A stretch of DNA of 64,000 nt. It comes from Acidobacteriota bacterium (GTDB lineage: Bacteria > Acidobacteriota > Holophagae > Holophagales > Holophagaceae). The translations under genes and the position numbers were made by a program. Position 1 is the stretch's first letter. Every line of letters begins with the position of its first letter. Positions 17,794-26,629 of the stretch are shown here, piece by piece. The notes below the pieces were generated by a model. That model was not told where the DNA came from and searched no databases. It worked only from the letters and a program-made list of their open reading frames with translations. The stretch is taken from positions 12,116-76,115 of the forward strand of contig JACPYP010000013.1 in assembly GCA_016195985.1 (NCBI GenBank). The letters run 5' to 3'.

Positions 17794-18488
17794 GGCAGAA
17801 AGAGGGTCCGCCCGCAGGACTCACAGGCGATGAGGGTCTTGTTTTCCTTCATCTGGAAGAGGACGGGGCCGCGGAGCCTCACGTTGCAGCCGGAGCAGGC
17901 GCCATTCTCCACGGCGGCCACCGCTTTACCCTGGCGGGCGTTGGCGAGGCGATGGAATCGGGCCACCTCTGAGGAACTGAGCTTGGCTTCCAGCACGGCC
18001 TGCTTGGCCTGGAGCTGTTTGCGCCCTTCCACCTGGTTGGCATGCTCATCCAGGAAGATGGCATGCAGTTCGTCGAATTGCGCCCGGGCGGCGGATAGGT
18101 CCCCTCCGAGGGTGGCTAGAGCCTGTTCCAGGGTCTGTACGGTGGTTTCCAGGGCTTTGAGAGGCTTGGAGACGGCGGCTTTCAGCCTTTCTTTTTCGTC
18201 CAGTTCCCGGATGGCGGCGGTGTATTGCACCTTTTGACTGGTGGATTTCACTGCGGCTCGCGCCCGCTCCTCCTCTTTTTGAGCCAGGACCAATTCCTTG
18301 GACTTGACCTGAATCTGAGCTTGGGCGGTCGCCAGGGCCTTGGTCTTTTCTGCCACCTGCTTCTCGATGGACTTGACCTTGGCATCCAAGGCGGCGAGGT
18401 CCGGAGGGAGGTTCGACAGTTCCCGCTGGATGGTGGCCAGGTAATCCAAGGTGGCCTGCAAATCACGGAGGGTCGTCAGAAGTTCCAT
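17790..18488 (-). CDS. Coiled-coil protein with C-terminal C4 zinc ribbon (DUF164/COG1579-like)
   Basis: Long coiled coil followed by CSGCNVRL...CESCGRTL. Confidence 0.7.
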   Translation of the reverse strand: MELLTTLRDLQATLDYLATIQRELSNLPPDLAALDAKVKSIEKQVAEKTKALATAQAQIQVKSKELVLAQKEEERARAAVKSTSQKVQYTAAIRELDEKERLKAAVSKPLKALETTVQTLEQALATLGGDLSAARAQFDELHAIFLDEHANQVEGRKQLQAKQAVLEAKLSSSEVARFHRLANARQGKAVAAVENGACSGCNVRLRGPVLFQMKENKTLIACESCGRTLFLP

Positions 18489-18630
18489 GATTCGAGGCTA
18501 CACCTCAATTGAGAAAGGGACCCTGCTTTCAGATACATGCTATCTGCGAAGAAAACCTTCCGTTCGTAACGAAGGTTTCACCTTCAAGGGGCAAAATCGC
18601 CTTGACGCGGGCCTTGCTTGGGTGCGAAGC

Positions 18631-18657
18631 TTGGCACTCGCTGTTGATGAGTGCTAA
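18631..18657 (+). promoter_or_regulatory. CIRCE operator (HrcA binding site)
   Basis: TTGGCACTC-N9-GAGTGCTAA, one mismatch to the consensus TTAGCACTC-N9-GAGTGCTAA, 45 nt upstream of the groES ATG. Confidence 0.85.
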
Positions 18658-18701
18658 CAGCCCGAATGGTTTCCAACCTCAATCCTTTCCAAGGAGGTCC
18701 C

Positions 18702-18989
18702 ATGGCCATCCAGCCCCTGTCCGATCGCGTCATGCTGAAGCGCGTCGATCCCGCCGAAGTCGTCAAGGGCGGCATCATCATCCCCGACACCGCCAAGGAG
18801 AAGCCCATGGAGGCTGAAGTGGTGGCCGTGGGAGAGGGCAAGATCAACGAGAACGGCACCCGCAACCCCATGTCCGTCAAGGCCGGCCAGAAGGTGTTGA
18901 TCGGCAAGTACAGCGGCACCGAAGTGAAGATCGACGGCGTCGATCACGTGATCGTGCGCGAGGACGAAATCCTGGCGATCGTGGGCTAG
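18702..18989 (+). CDS. groES: Co-chaperonin GroES
   Basis: ATG at 18702 after AAGGAGG. MAIQPLSDRVMLKRV...GGIIIPDTAKEKP...GDKVL-type pattern. Confidence 0.95.
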   Translation: MAIQPLSDRVMLKRVDPAEVVKGGIIIPDTAKEKPMEAEVVAVGEGKINENGTRNPMSVKAGQKVLIGKYSGTEVKIDGVDHVIVREDEILAIVG

Positions 18990-18993
18990 AACT

Positions 18994-20759
<1,766 letters not shown>

Positions 20760-20782
20760 TCGACCGCGGCTTCGCGGTTCAA

Positions 20783-20816
20783 GCAAAGGCCCTGCGGATG
20801 CGGGGCCTTTGCGTTT
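20783..20816 (+). terminator. Rho-independent terminator after groEL
   Basis: GCAAAGGCCC - 10-nt loop - GGGCCTTTGC followed by GTTT. Confidence 0.6.
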
Positions 20817-20887
20817 CGGGCCCTTGGTCTTCCTGTTGCGGGGGAAGGAACTCCGGTAGCATTCCGGAAACCCCACAAGAGGCACCC

Positions 20888-21394
20888 ATGGCCAGCGGCG
20901 CGGAGTGGCTGAAGGAATTCGATCTGGAAATGTCCCGGACCAGGCGCGTCCTGACGCGGGTTCCCGAGGACCGTCTGGGCTGGCGGCCTCATCCGAAGTC
21001 CTGGACGCTGGCAGAGCTCGCCACGCACGTGGCCTGGATCCCTTCCTGGGCGATGGCCGCTCTGCGCTTCCCAGAGATGGATCTGGCCTCTTCCGACAGC
21101 CCTCCGACGCCCAAGGCCGCGACCAGCACGGCCGACCTGATGGCCCTTTTCGACGGACAGTTGGCAGTGGCCCGGGCTTCGCTGGAAGCCTCCGACGAGG
21201 CGACGTTCGCCATGCCCTGGTCCCTTCGAGCAGGAGAGCAGATCTTCTTCACCCAAACCCGCGGTGAAGTCCTGCGGACTTTCGTGATGAACCACCTCAT
21301 CCACCATCGGGGCCAACTGGAAGTGTACCTGCGCGTGAATGACGTGCCTCTGCCGGCCCTTTACGGGCCCAGTGCGGACGAGGGGGGGATATGA
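20888..21394 (+). CDS. DinB-family protein
   Basis: ATG at 20888. ELATHVAW and HLIHHRGQL histidine motifs of the DinB four-helix-bundle family. Confidence 0.7.
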   Translation: MASGAEWLKEFDLEMSRTRRVLTRVPEDRLGWRPHPKSWTLAELATHVAWIPSWAMAALRFPEMDLASSDSPPTPKAATSTADLMALFDGQLAVARASLEASDEATFAMPWSLRAGEQIFFTQTRGEVLRTFVMNHLIHHRGQLEVYLRVNDVPLPALYGPSADEGGI

Positions 21395-21510
21395 GCGCGG
21401 CGCGAAGGATGATGGGATTTGGTCTCAGGAGCAGTTTTCGACATTGACTGCCAAAACCAGTCGCAGCCTGCTTTATGACTGCCTGACAAACCCCCTCGAT
21501 GTCACGAGAC

Positions 21511-21537
21511 GCCCCGGACCTCCGGGGCTTTTGTCTT
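21511..21537 (+). terminator. Hairpin plus T-tract downstream of the DinB-family gene
   Basis: GCCCCG-GACCTC-CGGGGC followed by TTTTGTCTT. Confidence 0.5.
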
Positions 21538-21560
21538 ACTAATGACAATAAAGTCTTTTT

Positions 21561-21685
21561 TAATTACCACCTATGGGTTGACTATGATCTGAAACAGGCG
21601 GATCCTTCCCTCGAATCCTCCGGAATGTCTTCCCGGGCGGATAGACAGGACCAGGGCCCATGACCACGGAACATCTGCAAGACGG
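21561..21685 (+). repeat. Copy A of a duplicated ~125-nt promoter/leader element
   Basis: Hand alignment to 23731..23857 gives roughly 75% identity with one small indel. Blocks include TAATTAC, GGTTGACTATG, GGCGGATCCTTC, CGGG..GAT.GACAG and CCATGA.CA.GGAAC. Confidence 0.8.
21578..21606 (+). promoter_or_regulatory. Putative sigma-70-type promoter (TTGACT-17 nt-GATCCT) inside copy A
   Basis: The -35-like TTGACT and a hexamer with A2/T6 at exactly 17-nt spacing are conserved in both copies, after an AT-rich stretch. Not experimentally supported. Confidence 0.35.
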
Positions 21686-21748
21686 AGTGAATCCCGCCAT
21701 TCCTGGAACGCATTCAATCGGCTTGTCCCTCTTTGACCGGAGCGTTCG

Positions 21749-22516
21749 ATGATTCAAAAGAAAGCAATGCTGATCGACATTTCGATGTGCGTGGGCTGCA
21801 ACGCCTGCCAGGACGGCTGCAAGGCGGAGAACAAGCTGGCGCCGAGCGAGGAGAAACGCCTGTCTCCCACGGCCTACACGGCCCTGAGCGAACACAACGG
21901 CAAGTTCGTCCGCCACATGTGCCAGCACTGCGACGTGCCCACCTGCGTGTCGGTGTGTCCCGTGGCGGCCTTCACCAAGACGGCCGAGGGGCCGGTGCTT
22001 TACGACGCCAACAAGTGCATCGGCTGCCGGTACTGCATGCAGGCCTGCCCCTTCAAGGTGCCGCGTTACGAGTGGGCCAGCACCAAGCCGCGCGTGCAGA
22101 AATGCATCTTCTGCGCGCCGCGCATCACCAAGGGCCTGCAGCCTGCCTGCGCCGAAGCCTGCCCCACCGGCGCCACGAAGTTCGGCGACCGGGATGAACT
22201 CATTCTGGAAGCCAGCAACCGCATGCAGGCCGAGCCCGGCAAGTATGTCGCCAAGATCTACGGGCAGAAGGACGTGGGGGGGACTTCCATCCTCTTCATC
22301 AGCCCCGTGCCCTTCGAGGAGCTGGGTTTCGACACGCGGCTCGGGGACACGCCCATGCCCCTGCTGACCCTGAGCGCCATGTCGAAGATCCCCAACGTGG
22401 TCAGCATGGGCGGAGTCATGCTCGCGGGCATCTGGTGGATCACCAACCGCCGCGCCGAGGTCCAGCACTACGAAGCTTCCCTGAAACACGACGCCACTTC
22501 CAAGACGCAGGAATAG
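21749..22516 (+). CDS. 4Fe-4S ferredoxin-type subunit, NrfC/HybA/DmsB family, with a C-terminal TM anchor
   Basis: Four Cys clusters (CVGCNACQDGC; CQHCDVPTCVSVCP; CIGCRYCMQACP; CIFC...CAEACP). C-terminal helix VVSMGGVMLAGIWWI. No twin-arginine signal visible. Confidence 0.85.
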   Translation: MIQKKAMLIDISMCVGCNACQDGCKAENKLAPSEEKRLSPTAYTALSEHNGKFVRHMCQHCDVPTCVSVCPVAAFTKTAEGPVLYDANKCIGCRYCMQACPFKVPRYEWASTKPRVQKCIFCAPRITKGLQPACAEACPTGATKFGDRDELILEASNRMQAEPGKYVAKIYGQKDVGGTSILFISPVPFEELGFDTRLGDTPMPLLTLSAMSKIPNVVSMGGVMLAGIWWITNRRAEVQHYEASLKHDATSKTQE

Positions 22517-22518
22517 CC

Positions 22519-23649
22519 ATGGCCTCCTACAAATCCTCTCGCATCACCGTGTGGAGCGTCATCGCCGCCACCTTGATCACCACGGGCGTCGCGGCAGCCA
22601 TCGCCCGGTTCACCCTGGGCCTCGGGGCCACCACCAACCTCAGCGACACCTTCCCCTGGGGCCTCTGGATCGGCTTCGATTTCCTGGGCATCGGCCTGGC
22701 CGCCGCAGGGTTCACCATCGTGGCGGCAGTGCATCTGTTCCACGCCACGGAGTATGAGCCCATCGTGCGGCCCGCCATCCTCACGGCCTTCATCGGCTAC
22801 CTGCTGGTGGTCCTGGTGCTGGTCATCGATCTGGGGCGCCCCGAGCACTTCTGGCATCCGCTGGTGATGTGGAATCCCCACTCGGTGATGTTCGAGATCA
22901 CCTGGTGCGTGATCCTCTACACCACCGTGCTGTCCATGGAGTTCGCGCCCATCGTGCTTGAGAAATTCAACATGCACGCCCCCATCAAGTGGATCCACAG
23001 CGTGTCGCTGCCCCTCATGGTGATGGGAGTCCTTCTGTCCACGCTGCACCAGTCCTCCTTCGGCTCGCTCTACCTGATCGTGCCCAACCGGCTGCATCCG
23101 CTCTGGTACACCCCGCTGCTCCCGGTGCTGTTCTTCGTGTCCTGCATCGCTTCCGGCATCTCCATGGTGCTCATCGAATCCCTGATCTTCTCCCGCAATG
23201 GACGCCGGATCCTGCCCACCGCGCTGCGGGCCAAGCTGGCCAAGATCACCGCCATCGCCCTGGCCATGTACCTCGTGATCCGCGTCCAGGACATGGTTTC
23301 ACGCGGCGTGTTCCACCACGCGAAGCACCTCAGCTACCACAGCATCGCCTTCTGGGCCGAGCTCCTCATCGGATTCGCCGTTCCGCTCGCCCTGCTGCTC
23401 ATCACCAGGGTGCGCACCTCCCGCCGCGGGCTTTACATCGCTTCCCTGATGGTGCTGGCGGGCTTCGCCCTGAACCGCATGAACACGGCCATCACGGGCC
23501 TGGAAGACTGGCCTGCGCGGACCTACTTCCCCTCTCTGTTGGAAGTGCTCATCACCCTGGGCATCGCCGCCATCGGCTTCACGGCCTTCTCGTTCATCGC
23601 CCGCCGCCTCCCGATTTTCGCCCCCGAGCCCCTTCCGCCCCAGGCCTGA
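22519..23649 (+). CDS. NrfD/HybB-family polytopic membrane subunit (quinone-interacting)
   Basis: ATG 2 nt after the upstream stop. About 9-10 predicted TM helices. N-terminal pattern TFPWGLWIGFDFLGIGLAAAG is typical of NrfD/PsrC/HybB. Confidence 0.8.
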   Translation: MASYKSSRITVWSVIAATLITTGVAAAIARFTLGLGATTNLSDTFPWGLWIGFDFLGIGLAAAGFTIVAAVHLFHATEYEPIVRPAILTAFIGYLLVVLVLVIDLGRPEHFWHPLVMWNPHSVMFEITWCVILYTTVLSMEFAPIVLEKFNMHAPIKWIHSVSLPLMVMGVLLSTLHQSSFGSLYLIVPNRLHPLWYTPLLPVLFFVSCIASGISMVLIESLIFSRNGRRILPTALRAKLAKITAIALAMYLVIRVQDMVSRGVFHHAKHLSYHSIAFWAELLIGFAVPLALLLITRVRTSRRGLYIASLMVLAGFALNRMNTAITGLEDWPARTYFPSLLEVLITLGIAAIGFTAFSFIARRLPIFAPEPLPPQA

Positions 23650-23730
23650 ACTGTGGCGTCTCGACCATGCCTTTTCGCAGCCACGTTCGCTTTGATGGGC
23701 CACGGATTGCCGGTTCGTCAAAGCTTGAGC

Positions 23731-23857
23731 TAATTACTACCAAAAGGTTGACTATGCTCCAGCGAGGGCGGATCCTTCACATGAGTCCACCCGGAACTTC
23801 CTTTCGGGCTGGATTGACAGAGCGGGAATCCATGATCATGGAACTTCCTACCGCCCA
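23731..23857 (+). repeat. Copy B of the duplicated ~125-nt promoter/leader element
   Basis: See copy A. Lies 67 nt upstream of the sensor kinase ATG. Confidence 0.8.
23748..23776 (+). promoter_or_regulatory. Putative sigma-70-type promoter (TTGACT-17 nt-GATCCT) inside copy B
   Basis: Same hexamers and spacing as in copy A. Confidence 0.35.
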
Positions 23858-23923
23858 TTTCAACAGCGCCACCAGTGGCACCCGCTGGCCGTTCGCCCAC
23901 GACTCGGAAAAGGGAGCCTGACC

Positions 23924-25450
23924 ATGCGGACCCGCATCGGCACTCGTCTCATCCTTGGCGCCGGCCTGACGACGGCGGCCGTCATCGGCGGAATGGCATT
24001 CACGGTCATCCGTTCGCACACAGCGCAGCTGCTGGCGGAGCGGACCCGAAGCGCCGACCAGCTGAGCGAGACCATCAAGAGCTCCACCCATTTCGACATG
24101 CTTGAGAACCGGCGGGACAACCTCCACCGCCAGATCCGCTCCGTGGGCGGCCTGCAGGGGCAGGGGATCCGCAAGGTGCGGGTGTTCAACAAGGAAGGCC
24201 GGATCATGTTTTCCTCGTCGGCCGAAGAGATCGGCACCAGCCTGGATACCCGGGGCGAGGCCTGCTATGCCTGCCATCAGGAAGGCCGTCCTTTGGAGCG
24301 CCTGGAGATCAACGCGAGGGCCCGAACCTTCAGGACGCCGGATGGTTCCCGGGTGCTGGGGCTTATCGCCCCCATCCCCAACGAGCCTTCTTGTTCCACC
24401 GCCGATTGCCATGCCCACAGCGCCAAGCAAAGCCTCCTGGGTGTTCTGGATGTCAACGTTTCCCTGGACGAAGTGGACCGGGAGATCTCCCGAAGCCGGG
24501 CGGTCATCATCTCGTCGGCGGTCCTGGCCGTTCTGGCGGGCAGTCTCATGCTTTGGTGGCTCAACCGAAGGCTGGTCGTCCGGCCGGTGGCGGCGCTGGT
24601 GGAAGGGACGCGGCGCGTCAGCGAGGGCGACCTTTCGGCGACCATTCCTGTGAACGGGCGGCATGAGCTCAGCCAGTTGGCCCGGGCCTTCAACGACATG
24701 ACCGGCAATCTGGCGGACACGCACCGCCAGCTGGCCCAGGCCGACAAGCTTGCCTCCGTGGGCCGCCTGGCCGCGGGCATCGCCCACGAGATCAACAACC
24801 CGCTGACGGGCGTTCTCAGCTACGCCTCGCTCCTGCGCAAACGCATGGCGGAAGATGTGTCCGCCTGCGAGGACCTGGACGTGATCGTGCGGGAGACGGT
24901 GCGCTGCCGGGGCATCATCCGCGGCCTGCTGGATTTCGCCCGTCCCGCGGCACCCGCCCGCAAGCCCATGGACCTGAACGACGTGGTCCGCCGTTCGGTG
25001 TCCGTGGTGATGACGCAGCTGTCCCTCCATCACGTGGATCTGTCCCTGGGACTGGCGACGGACCTGCCTCTGGTCCAGGCGGATGCGAACCAGATCGAGC
25101 AGGTGGTTGTAAACCTCCTGCTGAATGCTGCCGATGCCATTGGAGAGGCGGGCGGGAACATCCGGGCCACCACCCGTCCGGGCCTCGGGGGCAGCATCGA
25201 GCTCCTCCTTCAAGACAGCGGACACGGCATTCCCGCTGAAGACCTTCCCCGCATCTTTGAACCGTTCTTCACCACCAAGGGCAACCATGGCACCGGTTTG
25301 GGGCTGGCGGTGAGCTGGGGCATCGTGGAGGCCCACGGCGGCGCCCTGGAGGTCCAGAGCGAACTGGGCCAGGGCACCTGCTTCACCCTCCGGTTGCCCA
25401 CCAATCCCGATTCCGAAGGCAGCAAGCCGATTCTTCCCACTCTCACCTAG
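23924..25450 (+). CDS. Sensor histidine kinase (2 TM, periplasmic domain with c-haem binding motifs, HAMP, HisKA, HATPase)
   Basis: TM1 LILGAGLTTAAVIGGMAFTVI. Periplasmic CYACH (nt 24263-24277) and CSTADCH (nt 24392-24412). TM2, HAMP, H-box AAGIAHEINNPLTG, N-box LLLNAADA, G-boxes DSGHGIP and GTGLGLAV. Confidence 0.9.
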   Translation: MRTRIGTRLILGAGLTTAAVIGGMAFTVIRSHTAQLLAERTRSADQLSETIKSSTHFDMLENRRDNLHRQIRSVGGLQGQGIRKVRVFNKEGRIMFSSSAEEIGTSLDTRGEACYACHQEGRPLERLEINARARTFRTPDGSRVLGLIAPIPNEPSCSTADCHAHSAKQSLLGVLDVNVSLDEVDREISRSRAVIISSAVLAVLAGSLMLWWLNRRLVVRPVAALVEGTRRVSEGDLSATIPVNGRHELSQLARAFNDMTGNLADTHRQLAQADKLASVGRLAAGIAHEINNPLTGVLSYASLLRKRMAEDVSACEDLDVIVRETVRCRGIIRGLLDFARPAAPARKPMDLNDVVRRSVSVVMTQLSLHHVDLSLGLATDLPLVQADANQIEQVVVNLLLNAADAIGEAGGNIRATTRPGLGGSIELLLQDSGHGIPAEDLPRIFEPFFTTKGNHGTGLGLAVSWGIVEAHGGALEVQSELGQGTCFTLRLPTNPDSEGSKPILPTLT

Positions 25451-25459
25451 GAGGTCGCC

Positions 25460-26581
25460 ATGACCGCCGTATTGATCCTCTTCATGTTTGCGGCCTTCGT
25501 GGGCATCGATTACCTGATCCGCACGAACCTGCGCCGAATGCAGGAAAAACGGGCCCGGCAAGCCCGTGAAGCCGTGTTGAACACCGCCATTCGCCTGGAT
25601 TTCACCCACGAGGCCAAGAGCCTCAAGCGGGTCGAGGTGCCCAATCCCAAGGCCCGCATCCTCGCCGTGGACGACGAGGGCGTGGTGCTGGATTCCTTCC
25701 GGCGCATCCTCGTGCTGGAAGGCTTCAGCGTGGACACCGTGGAGCACGGACCCGAAGCCCTGGGGCTGGTTCAGCGCAACGACTACGACTTCGTGTTCAC
25801 GGACCTGAAGATGCCGGACATGGACGGCGTGGAAGTGGTGAAGGCCGTCAAGCACCTGCGCCCTGACGTGGACGTGGTCGTCATCACGGGCTACGGCAGC
25901 ATCGAGACCGCTGTCCAGACGCTGCAGCACGGCGCCTGCGAGTACGTGCAGAAGCCCTTCACCGCCGACGAGCTGGGCGAGTTCGCGCGCAAGCTGGTCA
26001 TCAAGCGCGAAGCCCGCATCCAGGCCGCCAGCCAGCCCAATGTCCGGGTGGTTTCGCCTGAAATGGCGGAGGTGATGCCCGCCTCCGAATTCTGCGTGCC
26101 TGGCGGCGCCTTCATTTCCCCGGGCCACGCCTGGGTTCGCATTGAGCCCGAAGGCCAGGTGCGCATCGGCATCGATGACTTCATCCGGAAGGCCCTGGGC
26201 TCCGTGAAGGAAATCAGCCTGCCCGAGCGCGGCAAGACCGTGAAGCAGGGCGAGACGCTCTTCACCCTCAAGAGCGCGGCGGGAACCGTCCATGTGGCCG
26301 CGCCGGTCTCAGGCCGGGTCGAGCACGACAACGCAGGCCTGAAATCCGACCCGGGAGAGCTCATCCACAGCCCCTACGACCGAGGCTGGGTCTGCCTGCT
26401 GACCCCCACGGACCTCGCGACCGAACTGCCCGGCCTGAAGATCGGCAAGCCGGTCATCGAGTGGTACCAGGAGGAGATCACCCGGCTGCGGGCGAACAAG
26501 GGCCCCGAAGGCACGGGCACCCTGGATTGGGCGGCCTTCGAACAGCAGTTCCTGGGCGGTCACGCTTCCGCGCAGGCCTGA
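25460..26581 (+). CDS. Membrane-anchored response regulator: TM helix, REC domain, glycine-cleavage-H-like C-terminal domain
   Basis: N-terminal helix MTAVLILFMFAAFVGIDYLI. REC (ILAVDDEG, FTDLKMPDMDG with D115, VITGYG, VQKPF). C-terminal HAWVRIEPEGQVRIGIDDFIRKALGSV...APVSGRVEHDN...SPYDRGW matches the GcvH fold pattern. Confidence 0.8.
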   Translation: MTAVLILFMFAAFVGIDYLIRTNLRRMQEKRARQAREAVLNTAIRLDFTHEAKSLKRVEVPNPKARILAVDDEGVVLDSFRRILVLEGFSVDTVEHGPEALGLVQRNDYDFVFTDLKMPDMDGVEVVKAVKHLRPDVDVVVITGYGSIETAVQTLQHGACEYVQKPFTADELGEFARKLVIKREARIQAASQPNVRVVSPEMAEVMPASEFCVPGGAFISPGHAWVRIEPEGQVRIGIDDFIRKALGSVKEISLPERGKTVKQGETLFTLKSAAGTVHVAAPVSGRVEHDNAGLKSDPGELIHSPYDRGWVCLLTPTDLATELPGLKIGKPVIEWYQEEITRLRANKGPEGTGTLDWAAFEQQFLGGHASAQA

Positions 26582-26592
26582 TCCGGAATGAA

Positions 26593-26629
26593 GCGAAGGC
26601 CACGGAGGCTCAGCTTCCGTGGCCTTCGC
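26593..26629 (+). terminator. Hairpin after the response regulator, overlapping the lipA 3' end
   Basis: GCGAAGGCCACGGA - loop - TCCGTGGCCTTCGC (14-bp stem). No strong U-tract. Confidence 0.45.

Noticed and set aside
18553-18579. Hairpin AACCTTCCGTT-CG-TAACGAAGGTT in the divergent region upstream of groES.
   Set aside because: Short and bulged, with no adjacent gene end to terminate and no second copy. There is not enough evidence to assign a function.
18602-18630. TTGACG as the -35 of the groES promoter.
   Set aside because: No acceptable -10 hexamer occurs at 16-18 nt spacing (CGAAGC/GCGAAG), so the promoter cannot be placed from sequence alone. Only the CIRCE site is reported.
23869-23885. 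TGGCACCCGCTGGCC upstream of the sensor kinase as a sigma-54 promoter.
   Set aside because: The GC dinucleotide is one position out of register with the consensus. The homologous position in copy A is not conserved, and the cognate regulator has no AAA+ domain.
26270-26272. K271 of the REC-GcvH protein as a canonical lipoyl-lysine.
   Set aside because: Relative to the APVSG motif it sits 3 residues too far upstream compared with the E. coli GcvH register as I remember it. Lipoylation is therefore left as an open question, not a call.
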